Part shown: positions 48,388 to 60,929 of the stretch, in pieces
How the letters are laid out: each line of letters begins with the position of its first letter
Position numbering within the stretch: the stretch's first letter is position 1
Source: Eledone cirrhosa
Taxonomy: Eukaryota
DNA length: 64,000 nt
Direction of reading: 5' to 3'
Assembly: GCA_964016885.1 (NCBI GenBank)
Contig: OZ024749.1
Span: forward strand, 7,130,001 to 7,194,000
Translations under genes and position numbers: made by a program
Notes under the pieces: generated by a model
What the model was told of the DNA's origin: nothing
The model's input: only the letters and a program-made list of their open reading frames with translations
Databases searched by the model: none

Positions 48388-48915
48388 ATTTGCAAAATTT
48401 GAGTATTCTCGGTACAGAAGGTAGCCGTTAGCAACTGTATATTACTTGCAGAGTAACATTTTTTTTTTTTTTAGGGGGGGGAGGATGTAAAGATATAACA
48501 GCAAATTGAATGGAGAGTGTGAAAGAGAGAGGGAGAAAGACGAAAAAAGAGGGGGTTAAAGGGAGGGAGAGAGAGAGGGGAGGAGGAGGCAAGGAGAAAA
48601 ATGTGGATTAGAGCGATGGAGAGATGGATAGAAAGATGAAGTGAAAGATTAACAAGGAATAAGGTACTTGGCGGTATTATACGGCAAATTATTGATAGGG
48701 AGCTGATGATCCAAATACTGCCAAGTATCTCATTCTTGTTAATCTTTCACTATCTTTCTATCCATCGCTCTAATTCACATTTTTCTCCTCACCTCCTCCT
48801 CTCTCGCTCCCTTTAACCCCCTCTTTTCGATTTTTTATATCTTAACCAAAAAAAAACAAATTTTACTATTCAAATAGTATACAGCTGGTAACAATGCTGA
48901 GAATACTTTGCAAAC
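48388..48915. repeat. Long imperfect inverted repeat (foldback element)
   Basis: Arms ~48390-48677 and ~48714-48914; purine-rich left arm, pyrimidine-rich right arm. Confidence 0.75.
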
Positions 48916-48961
48916 ATTCACATACACTCATTGCTTCAAATCTTTCCAATTAATGTTATAT

Positions 48962-49119
48962 ACGCCATGCTTTGCAGCACAGTTACGTCCCTTTACGGAC
49001 TGAGTTCAAATCCCGCCGAGGTTAACTTTGCCTTTCATCCTTACGGGGTCGATAAAATAAAGTACCAGTAATGCACTGGGATAATTGCTGGCCTTGTGCC
49101 AAAAAGTAGAAACAGTTAT
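48962..49119 (+). mobile_element. SINE family A
   Basis: B box, core and 3' end as in other copies. Confidence 0.8.
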
Positions 49120-49121
49120 AT

Positions 49122-49450
49122 CATTTCATCATCATCATTTCATTTTACGTCCGCTTTCTCCCTGCTTGCAAGGGTGGGACGGGAACTGATTCTGGCTTGA
49201 TTTCTACAGCTGGATGCCCTTCCTAACACCAACCTCATTTACAGTGAGTGGTGGGTGCTTTTTTGCCGTGGCACCTCCACGACCACTTTGCAGTTGAATG
49301 ATATGGACCTCAGTCCCTATCATCTCATTTCTACAGCTGAGTAAACTGGAGCAATGTGAAATAAAGTTTCTTGCTCAAGGAAACAACACATCACCCGGTC
49401 TGAGAATTGAACTCACAACCTTTCGATTGCAAGCCCAATGCTCTAACCAC
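49122..49450 (-). mobile_element. SINE family B
   Basis: Reverse complement of 4128-4445. Lies tail-to-tail with SINE A. Confidence 0.85.
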
Positions 49451-49633
49451 TTTTGATAAGATGAATGTTAATAATACATCGAAACTGGTAATATTTTATA
49501 TACTTTATGAAACTTTTTTTTTTTTTAAATTGTCCCTCTCATTTTTCCAATAATGTCACTTTGACGGATCAAAGAAAGGATAAAAAAAGAAAAACAGACT
49601 CTAAAATATATTTTCTATGCTATTTCCAACTTC

Positions 49634-49710
<77 letters not shown>

Positions 49711-50234
49711 TAAAATAACAGATTAAAGTTTAAGCAAAGAATCGCTGCTTTCACTCTTAACGGGATCTTTATTTTAATAAATATTTGCTCTACGGTTCTT
49801 ATATATTTATCCTTATCGAGCCCTCTTTGGATTTTAGTCTTCAAATTTATTATTATTACTATATATATATATATAATTATATATATATATATATATATTC
49901 ACCATTAAAATGGCAAGACCTCAGCTGTTGGACACTAACAGTTTACAGTATCATCATCTCCATCATCTCATCATTTAGCATCCATTTTTCCAAGGTTGCA
50001 TGGTGAGACAGGTCGTAGTAAGATTTCATATTAAGGTCTTCATTGATTATACACATTTATGTCCGTTCCACTTGGGTGGCTCAGGATCTATCAATGATAT
50101 AGTTCTAACTGTGTAGAATCAATGAAGACCTCAATGTGAAACCTCACTTTCTTTTTAATATATACACTCTGCCATAGTACAGAGTGATGATTTCAGTACC
50201 TTCCGCAGTAAACCATGTCTCTACTGAACCACTC

Positions 50235-50277
<43 letters not shown>

Positions 50278-50359
50278 CATGATTGGATTTGGGTTTGATT
50301 GTTTACTGATGGGATATTATTATGTGTGTAGCTGTATACATACACACACATGCATCTAC

Positions 50360-50411
<52 letters not shown>

Positions 50412-50442
50412 GTCTCGATATATATATACATGTGTCGATATA

Positions 50443-50475
<33 letters not shown>

Positions 50476-50476
50476 G

Positions 50477-50524
<48 letters not shown>

Positions 50525-50784
50525 CACACATACATACACACAGACACAACAGAGTCCTTGATGTCTGTTTTCCATTGATATTCTTCTCTAAAACGAATTA
50601 ATTCAGTCATTCAATAGAAATGTTGTCACTTAAAAAGAACACCGTTGGCTTACATTGATGGAGTTCTTGTTAATTTCTTTCTCTTCACCTTGTTTACACT
50701 ATTAGCTTAAATATCACTGTTGAAATTTACGAGCAAAATCGGAATCCAGTTATCTTATTGTTTTCACCGTTCTTTTCTCTTATC

Positions 50785-51151
50785 CTTATCATTATCATTA
50801 TCTTATTATTATTATTATTATTATTATTATCATTATTGTTATTTTATTGTTTATTAATATTGCTTTTATTATTATTGTTGTTGTTATTATTTTATTGTTG
50901 TTTATTAATATTATGCAATAATAATTCCTCTTCTTTGTTATTCTTATTACAATATAATATTTTAGTTTCCTTTTTACTTTCGTTGTTATTTGTTTCATTA
51001 TCATCAAACGATATCATCATCGGTACTACTCTATTTCTTACTACTACTACCACTATCACCACAACCAGTACTACCACTACGACTATCACTACTAACGCCA
51101 CTACCACTTCTACTACCACCACCACTACTAACACCACTACCACTACGACGT

Positions 51152-51187
<36 letters not shown>

Positions 51188-51625
51188 TAATTGACATTCA
51201 CAAGAACCACCAACGCATACTTTTCACCACCAGCACAACACAACACTACCACCACCAACATCACCACCATAATCAGCACTACCACTACCACACCCACCAC
51301 TCCCACTACCACCATTATCCCCACTGCCATCAACCACCACTGTCACCACCACCACTACCTCCACCACCACCACCACCACCACTACTACCACCACTATCTC
51401 CACCACCACCACCACTATCTCCACCAACACCATAACCACTATCTCCACCACCACCAGCACTATCTCCACCACCACTACTACCACCACCACCCTCACCACC
51501 ACCACCATATCCACCACTGCCACTATATACACCATCACCACCACTATTTCCACCACCACAACCACTATCACCACCACCACAACCACTATCTTCACCGCCA
51601 CCACCACCTCTCCACCACCGCCACC
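50785..51625. repeat. (ATT)n/(ACT)n/(ACC)n low-complexity tract
   Basis: Direct inspection. Confidence 0.85.
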
Positions 51626-51857
51626 CCTATCTCAATGTTTATGCAAAACATGAATGATGTGAATGAAATGAAAGCAGGATTATATTGTAGAGGAATATAA
51701 TAAATATTTTAATTACCTCCCCTAATTATCAACTGGGGGGGGGGGCAGAACATGGAGAGGGGAGATCAAACAGAGGGGGGGGGGGGGGGTAAAGAAGACG
51801 AAGAAGGGAAAAGGGAAAAGGAAAAAGTGAAAGGAAAAAGAAGATATGTGATAAGAG

Positions 51858-52791
51858 ACAACATCAATGTGATATCCATGATATCATATATACAGCATTA
51901 TAGATATATTATACAACACTACGACATCAATATGATATCCATGATATCATATATACAACACTACGACATCAATGTGATATCCATGATATCATATATACAG
52001 CGTTGTAGATATATTATACAACACTCCGACATCAATGTGATATCCATGATATCATATATACAGCGTTATAGATATATTATACAACACTACGACATCAATG
52101 TGATATCCATCATATCATATATACAGCATTATAGATATATTATACAACACTACGACATCAATGTGATATCCATGATATCATATATACAGCGTTATAGATA
52201 TACAACACTATGACATCAATGTGATATCCATATCATATATACAGCATTATAGATATATTATACAACAATACAACATCAATGTGATATCCATGATATCATA
52301 TATACAGCATTAAAGATATATTATACAACACTACGACATCAATGTGATATCCATGATATATATACAGCATTATAGATATATTATACAACACTACAACATC
52401 AATGTGATATCTATGATATCATATATACAGCATTATAGATATATTATACAACACTACAACATGAATGTGATATCCATGATATTTATATTCAGCGTTGTAG
52501 ATATATTATACAACACTACGACATCAATGTGATATCCATGATATCATATATACAGCATTATAGATATATTATACAACACTACAACATGAATGTGATATCC
52601 ATGATATCATATATACAGCGTTATAGATATATTATACAACACTACGACATCAATGTGATATTCATGATATATATACAGCATTATACATATATTATACAAC
52701 ACTACGACATCAATGTGATATCCATGATATCATATATACAGCATTATAGATATATTATACAACACTACGACATCAATGTGATATCCATGAT
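51858..52791. repeat. 63-bp minisatellite (~15 units)
   Basis: Unit ATATCCATGATATCATATATACAGCATTATAGATATATTATACAACACTACGACATCAATGTG. Confidence 0.92.
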
Positions 52792-52930
52792 AGTAGGTGG
52801 TGTGTGTGTGTGTGTGTGTGTCAATATATGTGTAGTGTGTGTGTGTCTATATATATATATATAGTGCGTGTGTATATATATATAATGTGTGTGTGTAATG
52901 AAAGGGAAAAGGTTCAAGTTTGGTTTAATA

Positions 52931-53110
52931 AATGTTTCTACTTTTGGCACAAGGCCAGCAATTAAACCAGTGCATTACTGGTACATTATTTTATCGACCC
53001 TGTAAGGATGAAAGGCAAAGTTAACCTTGGTGGGATTTGAACTCCGAATGGCAAGGGAAGTAACTCTATGCCGTCAATGCATGGCGTCCGACCCTCTACC
53101 GATACTGCCA
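52931..53110 (-). mobile_element. SINE family A
   Basis: Reverse complement of the 18082-18266 type. Confidence 0.8.
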
Positions 53111-53594
53111 ATCTAAATACCAGACGTTCAACATTCTATTGTTAGTTATATATAGCATGTTTTATTATCTACTTCTACTACTACTGCCACCACTACTACT
53201 ACTACTACTACTACTGCCACCACCACCACCACTACTAATACTGCCACCACTACTACTGCCACCACTCCTACTATTACTACTACTGCCACCACTACTACTA
53301 CTACCACTACTAACATTACTACCACCACCACTGCCACCACTACTAACACTACTACCACCACCATTACCACCACTACTAACACTACTACTAACACTACTAC
53401 CACCACTAACACTACTACTAACACTACCACCACCATCACTACTACTACTGCTGCTACTGTTGGCTATATAAAACATTAACTCATTTATAACTGTCATGGT
53501 GGATATTGTGATAACTTGCTAGGAAGAAATTTAAGATGGAATCTCAAACTATTGAAGAAATACTACAAAATATTACTAACAGCTTTCATGTACA

Positions 53595-53630
<36 letters not shown>

Positions 53631-53631
<1 letters not shown>

Positions 53632-54978
53632 CATCATCATCATCATCATCACTGTTTAACGTCCATTTTTCCATACTGGTATAGGTTAGGTGAGTTATCC
53701 TGTTGTGAACAATGCTAGGTCAGCTGACCATGTCTTGCTCAGTCAGAACTGATTGTGGCTTCCTTTCTACAGGTGGATGCCCTTTCTAATGTCAACCTCA
53801 TTTACAGTGAGGACTGGGTGCTTTTTGTCGTGATGCCTACACGACCACTTTACAGTGAGGACTGGGTGCTTTTTGTCGTTATGCCTACACAACCACTTTA
53901 CAGTGAGGACTGGGTGCTTTTTGTCGTGATGCCTACACAACCACTTTACAGTGAGGACTGGGTGCTTTTTGTCGTGATGCCTACACGACCACTTTACAGT
54001 GAGGAATGGGTACTTTTTGTCGTGATGCCTACATGACCACTTTACAGTGAGGAATGGGTACTTTTTGTCGTGATGCCTACACAGCCACTTTACAGTGAGG
54101 ACTGGAGACTTTTTGTCGTGATGCCTACATGACCACTTTACAGTGAGGAATGGGTACTTTTTGTCGTGATGCCTACATGACCACTTTACAGTGAGGAATG
54201 GGTACTTTTTGTCGTTATGCCTACACAGCCACTTTACAGTGAGGACTGGAGACTTTTTGTCGTGATGCCTACATGACCACTTTACAGTATGGACTGGAGG
54301 CTTTTTGTCGTTATGCCTACACGACCACTTTACAGTGTGGACTGGGTGCTTTTTGTCGTGATGCCTACACGACCACTTTACAGTGTGGACTGGAGGCTTT
54401 TTGTCGTGATGCCTACACAACCACTTTACAGTGAGGACTGGGTGCTTTTTGTCGTGATGCCTACACAACCACTTTACAGTGAGGACTGGGTGCTTTTTGT
54501 CGTGATGCCTACACAACCACTTCACAGTGAGGACTGGGTGCTTTTTGTCGTGATGCCTACACAACCACTTCACAGTGAGGACTGGGTGCTTTTTGTCGTG
54601 ATGCCTACACAACCACTTTACAGTGAGGACTGGGTGCTTTTTGTCGTGATGCCTACATGACCACTTTACAGTATAGACTGGAGGCTTTTTGTCGTTATGC
54701 CTACACAACCACTTTACAGTGAGGAATGGGTACTTTTTGTCGTGATGCCTACATGACCACTTTACAGTGAGGAATGGGTACTTTTTGTCGTGATGCCTAC
54801 ATGACCACTTTACAGTGAGGAATGGGTACTTTTTGTCGTGATGCCTACATGACCACTTTACAGTGAGGAATGGGTACTTTTTGTCGTGATGCCTACACAG
54901 CCACTTTACAGTGAGGACTGGAGACTTTTTGTCGTGATGCCTACATGACCACTTTACAGTGTGGACTGGAGACTCTTT
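53631..54978 (-). repeat. RTE 3' end whose internal 48-bp unit has expanded to ~24 tandem copies (53798-54978)
   Basis: (CAT)n tail and RTE terminus at 53631-53800, then unit CCACTTTACAGTGAGGACTGGGTGCTTTTTGTCGTGATGCCTACACAA. Confidence 0.9.
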
Positions 54979-55029
54979 ATCATAACACAATGCTCCAGTT
55001 TACTCAAGCATTGGGTTTGCAATGGGGTA

Positions 55030-55323
55030 GGTTGTAATTTCAATTCTCAGACTGGGTAATGCATTGTGTCCTTGAGCAAGACACTTTATTTCACATTGCT
55101 TCAGTTTACTCAGCTGTAGAAATGAGTTGTGACTTCACTGGTGCCAAGCTGTATTGGCCATTGTCTTTCCCTTGGACAACATCGGTGGCATGGAGTGGGG
55201 CAATTGGTTTGCATGGATGACTGCTGGTCTTCCATAAACAACCTTGCCTGGACTTGTGCCTCAGAGGGGAACTTTCTAGGTACAAATCCCATGAACATTT
55301 GTGATTGAAGGGACCCTTTACCC
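55030..55323 (+). mobile_element. CORE-like SINE with a different 3' tail
   Basis: TCCTTGAGCAAGACACTTTATTTCACATTGCT core. 3' end is related to the reverse complement of 3705-3760. Confidence 0.65.
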
Positions 55324-55554
55324 TATATATTTATTTAATCAATTCAAACGTCCGTATAGAGCTAGTAAGCCATGACAGACTAGTGAGAGTATTAAGTACT
55401 TCTTACAATTGGTAATCAAAAAGAGTTAACGAGACAAGTAATAAGAGAAAATATAAAAGCGAAAAAAAATACTATGTTCAATACTTGGCAAACTAGTGTT
55501 TACCATTCTAGGTACTCCATGTATGTTCTTTGTTTTTATTCATTGTTTTTATTA

Positions 55555-55585
<31 letters not shown>

Positions 55586-55684
55586 CTATATTATATATAT
55601 ATATACATATATAAATATGTAAACATATATATACATATATAAATATGTGTATATATATATACTATCTATTTATTTATATATATA

Positions 55685-56693
55685 CTAGCTGAATTACCCG
55701 GCGTTACCCGGGTTACTGATGTTCTTATTGAGATTACTATGGATATGTAGATATGTTTTTGTTTTTTTTTCCTCATAATTATTTCATAATATCTATATCT
55801 TATTGAAAAAATATCAAAATTGTAATAATAGAATTTAGAAAAGAAAATCTGTCAAACTTGAAGCACCTTAGGGTAAACAATATTCATTGTGTAATTTTTT
55901 GTTGGTGAATAAATTGTTGCTACACACTCTCACACATACACTCACATACATATACTAAAAGAGACACAGCCACATTCACGCAGACACACGCAAAGCTTTT
56001 CACCTCATTTTTTGTCAGTCACCACATATGTATATATATGTGTAGATGAGTGTGTGTGTATTTAATAATGTACCTAATGAACGCGCACACACACACACAG
56101 ACATACATATTCATATACAAAATTTGGCGTAATGTTTTCTATTGTTTTAATCCAAATGAAATTAAAAATTATCACACATACACTCACACACACTCTCTCG
56201 CTCACAGACACACACACACACACATACAGTCATGAGCACATACAAAGACACACACAGACATACATTCACGCACACCTATCACTTGTCTGTCACAACATAT
56301 GCATCTGTATGTGTAGATGTGTGTGTGTATGTTTAATTGTTTCTGTGTGAAGGTAATGTGTATGCAACTTACTAAGGCTATATGTATGTGTAGATGTGTG
56401 TCTGTGTGTGTTTAATTTTCTGAGGCATAATGTACGTAACGAACTTGCAAACACACATACACACACTCACAGACACATACACACTCATATACAAAATGTG
56501 ACATTGTCGTGGTGGTGTTGGTGGTGGTTTACTATAGTTGACTATAGAAATATTATTTTAGATAAAATGTTATTTTGTTTTAATCCAAATGAAAATAAAA
56601 ATTACATGTTGACACTCGCGGGGTCTAATACTATTACCTTGTAAAATTGATTTGATTTAGTCCAGACAGACAAAGAATTTTATATAGAGAGAG
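55685..56693 (-). mobile_element. Non-autonomous Helitron
   Basis: Minus strand: 5' TCTCT..CTATATAAAATT..(TCTG)n; 3' hairpin ACCCGGGTAACGCCGGGT, then CTAG|T. Internal duplications. Confidence 0.7.
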
Positions 56694-57001
56694 ATAAAAT
56701 GTGTTAAGGTAAGGTTGTATAGAGAAATTAATAAATGACATGATGTATATAAACTAAATTCTATTTTTTATATGTGTATATATGTGTGTATATATGTGTG
56801 TGTATGTGTGTATGTATATATATATATATGTGTGTGTGTGTATATATATGTGTGTTTATATATATGTGTATATATGTGTGTGTATATATATATATATATG
56901 TGTATATATGTGTGTATATATATATATATGTGTATATATATATATATATATGTGTATATATATGTGTATATATGTGTGTATATATGTGTGTATATAAATA
57001 T

Positions 57002-57296
57002 AACAAAGGAATTGTGGTAAGGAACCAGATGGACCATAACGCACCAGAGTACTCAATACTTAGGGTAGTAGATTGGGAAATAGGAAAAAGTATGACCCCG
57101 ACGGCAGAGCTCAAGCCGTTTCAACGGCTTTTTCTGTAAAGTGGACGTGTAGGCACCACGGAAAAAAAAGCAGCCAGCACTCACTGTAAGTGAGGTTGGT
57201 ATTAGGAAGCTCATCCAGCTGTAGAAATCAAGCCAGAATCAGTTGCCGTCCCACCCTTGCAAGCAGGGAAAAAGTGGACGTAAAATGATGATGATA
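57002..57296 (+). mobile_element. Family H8 fragment fused to an RTE/SINE-B 3' end
   Basis: 57002-57130 matches 3469-3597; 57134-57296 matches the LINE 3' UTR and SINE B tail. Confidence 0.75.
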
Positions 57297-57300
57297 TATA

Positions 57301-57716
57301 AACAATGAGTTTGTTGATTATTCAAGAGAATTATGTTCATAATATATATGAAGCGCTCTACAGTAAATTTATCTAGAGCATTATAATATTAATAATAGTA
57401 ATAAATGGAAAATATCACTATAGCATCATATTTATTTTATCATACGTATTTCAAGGATACCAAAGCATAGTATGCTTTCTTCAGATAAAATACAATATTT
57501 GATGTATAAGATAGTGACATACCCAAAGTATAAGCTTTCAACTTCAGCTTACAGTGGGCATCCTGGGTATGCACTTTGGGTATGTCACTATCTTATACAT
57601 CAAATATTGTATATCATCTGATGAAAGCATACCATAATTTGGTATCCTTGAAATACGTATATTGAAATAAATATGATGCTATACTGATATTTTCCATTTA
57701 TTACTATTATTAATAT
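57301..57716. mobile_element. Family H1 foldback element with two hammerheads (57433-57492 minus, 57610-57669 plus)
   Basis: Inverted arms ~57385-57529 / ~57573-57716. Cores CTGAAGA and CTGATGA, GAAA TACGTA, triplets AUG and AUA. Confidence 0.8.
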
Positions 57717-58311
57717 ATATCTATATATGTATCTATCCACATATCTATCTGTCTAACTATTCATTTGTCTATCTATCTGTCTAACTATTCATTTGTCTAT
57801 CTATCTGTCTAACTATTCATTTGTCTATCTATCTGTCTAACTATTCATTTGTCTATCTATCGAAGCAGCTATCAGTCTGTCTATACTATCATTATCATTT
57901 GATGCCCACTTTCCATGTTAGCATAAGTAGGTTGGCTTCTCACACTCCAAGGGACCTCATCTTCTGCATATATTCCATATTAAGTATGGTTTCTATAGCT
58001 GGATACCCTTTCTAATGCTAAACCCTTTACAGAGAGTATTGGGTGCATTTTATTGGTGGGAGTGTCTGGAGAATTAAATATATACATGCAATTACTGCAT
58101 ACCAAACACAGTATATATATATATATGTGTATATGTGTATGTGTGTCTGTGTGTATATATGCATATGTGTATATGTGTGTGGGTATGTCCATATGTGTGT
58201 ATATAAGTGGCATGGGGTAAAGAATCTGAAGCTAAATTTCTTCAGTTTCAACAATTTCCATCATTATATAATAAGAGTTTGGTGAATGGTTTAAATTGTC
58301 ATGTGGTTTAA

Positions 58312-58759
58312 CCTCTTCAGTGCCGTAGACAAAATAACTCATCCCAACATGTTTGAACCTGTTTCCAACAGTTCATAACTTCAAAATTATGAACTCGTTT
58401 CCAACAGTTCATAACTTCAAAGTTATGAACTCTTTTCCAACAGTTCATAACTTCAAAGTTATGAACTCATTTCCAACAGTTCATAACATCAAAGTTATGA
58501 ACTCGTTCTCAACAGTTCATAACATCAAAGTTATGAACTCGTTCTCAACAGTTCATAACATCAAAGTTATGAACTCGTTCTCAACAGTTCATAACATCAA
58601 AGTTATGAACTTGTTCGCAACAGTTCATAACTTCAAAGCTAGATGGGGTTACTAGTTTATTGATGTGACATTTGTCAATCAAAAATAGTCATTTTACTGA
58701 AAAAAAAAAACCCGGCACAGCAGCTGTGGCTGTGTAAAATATACATAGCAGTCAACAGG
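58312..58759. mobile_element. Putative TTAA MITE containing a 36-bp hairpin minisatellite (58355-58640)
   Basis: TTAA|CCTCTTCAGTGC ... GCAGTCAACAGG|TTAA. About 8 units containing AGTTCATAAC(T/A)TCAAAGTTATGAACT. Confidence 0.6.
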
Positions 58760-58979
58760 TTAAAACTACTTCTTGGCTCTCAAACGACTCTAGAAGAGTT
58801 CTCCCTTTTTTCAAGAATTTGTCTTGGTTTTCAGTATATGGTCCTGTCACATATTTTTCTGTTATATTTCAACAATATAAACACATAATTTAAGTTTAAT
58901 CTTCTCATAAAATTCTCAGCCATTTATCTTATATATATATATGTGTGTGTGTGTGTGTGAGTGTATATATATATATATA

Positions 58980-59190
58980 TACCAAGAAATCCCAGTAGAA
59001 GGAAGACGCAGTAGAGGAAGACGCAGTAGAGGAAGACCACAAAAAAAATGGGCGGAGGTGGTGAGAGCAGACCTCAGATTGCTGAAGCTCATGGAGGAGA
59101 TGACGAATGATTGTGACAAGTGGAGAGATGTTGTGCTGAATAGGACCCATGCCAGCCTTGCAAGCAGGGAAAATATGATGATGATGATGA
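58980..59190 (+). mobile_element. RTE LINE 3' fragment
   Basis: Similar to 46872-47078; inserted in (TA)n. Confidence 0.85.
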
Positions 59191-59539
59191 CATATATATA
59201 TATGTATATGCCAGATAAAGGTGTGCGGCTCAATGGTTAGAATGTTGGCCTAGCATAAATGTCTTACTGGATAAACCACAGTTGAAGTGTCTCCTGCAAT
59301 ACTACAAGACAGTCAAAGATAAAGAGAGAAGTCACTTATCATCATCATCATCATCTACTTCTTTCCATGCTAATATAGGTTATTACAGACCAAGTTAGTA
59401 CTTAATTGGATCAACTTCCCTTGCAGATGGGCTGGGAATAGTGTCTCATTCACATAGATTACTATATTTTACAGAGTGTCCTAGGTGCCTTTTTTCATGG
59501 CACCAGCAATAGGAAGGTTGTCATGTACAGCTCCCATGA

Positions 59540-59812
59540 CTTTCAGAAACATATTTTCACGCTCAGAGTTGCTGAAGCATAGAACAAACTACCTGCATCA
59601 GTTGTTAGCTATCGAGACACTGCATCCTTCAAAACTTCCATGTTTCCTGATATTTGCCAACCCTACACCTGATATGCATCTGTGGATATATCATGACTCA
59701 TACATTGTTCACTTTCCTGACATTTTTACATTATTTTATGTACTACACATGCACCTTTGATGAGTTGTAGTGCACCTGAGCACTGTACACAATAATTTTC
59801 ATTATTATTATA
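59540..59812 (+). mobile_element. CR1/L2-like LINE 3' end
   Basis: Similar to 16772-17020, same truncation point, (ATT)n tail. Confidence 0.8.
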
Positions 59813-60710
59813 TCATATTTGGCAAGTCCTCTACTGCTGGGTAACCTACCTAACACCAACTGTTTTACTGAGTGTTCAGTGTGTGTTTTATTGTGGCAGC
59901 AGCACTAGGTAGTTTCTGTCATTGATACAATTTCTGAGTCCCCTCTCATTTATTTGTTTGGAAAGTTTTCAATGGCTAGATGCCCTTCCTAATGCTAACA
60001 TGTATGTATGTATGTATGTCGGGTTGCTCTTCAGCTCTACCAGTAACATTTAACGCAGTACAACCTGTGAGTGGTCGGGTCGTCGGTGACTAAACCTGCA
60101 ACCCCACAAAGCTTCTTGGTGAGGAGGGTGAATTTGGACACCCTGCGGGATGAAAAACAGAACCTGTCAAAGGACAGAGGATCCTAGGAGAGTCAACGGC
60201 CATCCAATGAAGTTTTTTTTTTTTTTTGTGGAACAAGGGACTCCTAGTCATCATTAAGACATCTCTCTGATATAAAAACTGCAACTTCATCTGCATCGAA
60301 AGAAATAGACCAGTTGTTGTTTTGGGGCAAATGCATTAGATGTTCAGAGAGAGGGATTAGCCCCGTGCAGAGCCTTTCCTAACTCAAAAAAGCTTTAAAT
60401 ACAGGCATTGCTTGATATGTTACATTTTTTGCAATGTATTGTATTGCTGGGCACAGGCAAGCCCCTAGCAAGACTAAAAAGCCACGTCCGTGATGCTCAT
60501 GGTTAAGTATCAATTGATGGCATTACTCAAAATTTAGTTGCAGCCATCTTGTATGTATGTGCGTATCTGGTATGTATGTATGTACATAAGTATGTATGTA
60601 CATATGTATGTACATAAGCATGTATGTACATAAGTATGTATGTACATATGTATGTATGACTAGTTACTCATACCCTTATAACATGACAACCGTTATTCGA
60701 GAGAGAGAGG

Positions 60711-60742
<32 letters not shown>

Positions 60743-60929
60743 TCATTAAAAGATGAGTAGAATCTGTTCTCCTTTCAACCTATTCATATGCCAGAACCAA
60801 CATCTTTGACAAAACCAACAAAGCCACCATCTTGTGTTGCGGAATTGGTTGGAATTTAGCAAATGAATTCAGCTGAAAGATTGTACCTTAGTAAAAGACT
60901 TGATTTTAACAAAAATAGCATTTGAAAAT

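Noticed and set aside
48703-48730. CTGATGA as a hammerhead core (also 39795, 40616, 46752)
   Set aside because: No stem II + GAAA + NUH + stem I arrangement follows.
50022-50142. ~32-bp inverted repeat with TGAAGA..GAAA
   Set aside because: Core and stems do not fit a hammerhead; left as an unclassified small foldback.
50758-51700. Poly-His/Thr/Pro ORFs resembling mucin or His-rich proteins (also Asp-rich 19891-20229)
   Set aside because: Trinucleotide low complexity, open in multiple frames, with no splice or homology evidence.
53767-54990. 407-aa repetitive ORF
   Set aside because: Translation of the 48-bp LINE-UTR-derived tandem repeat.
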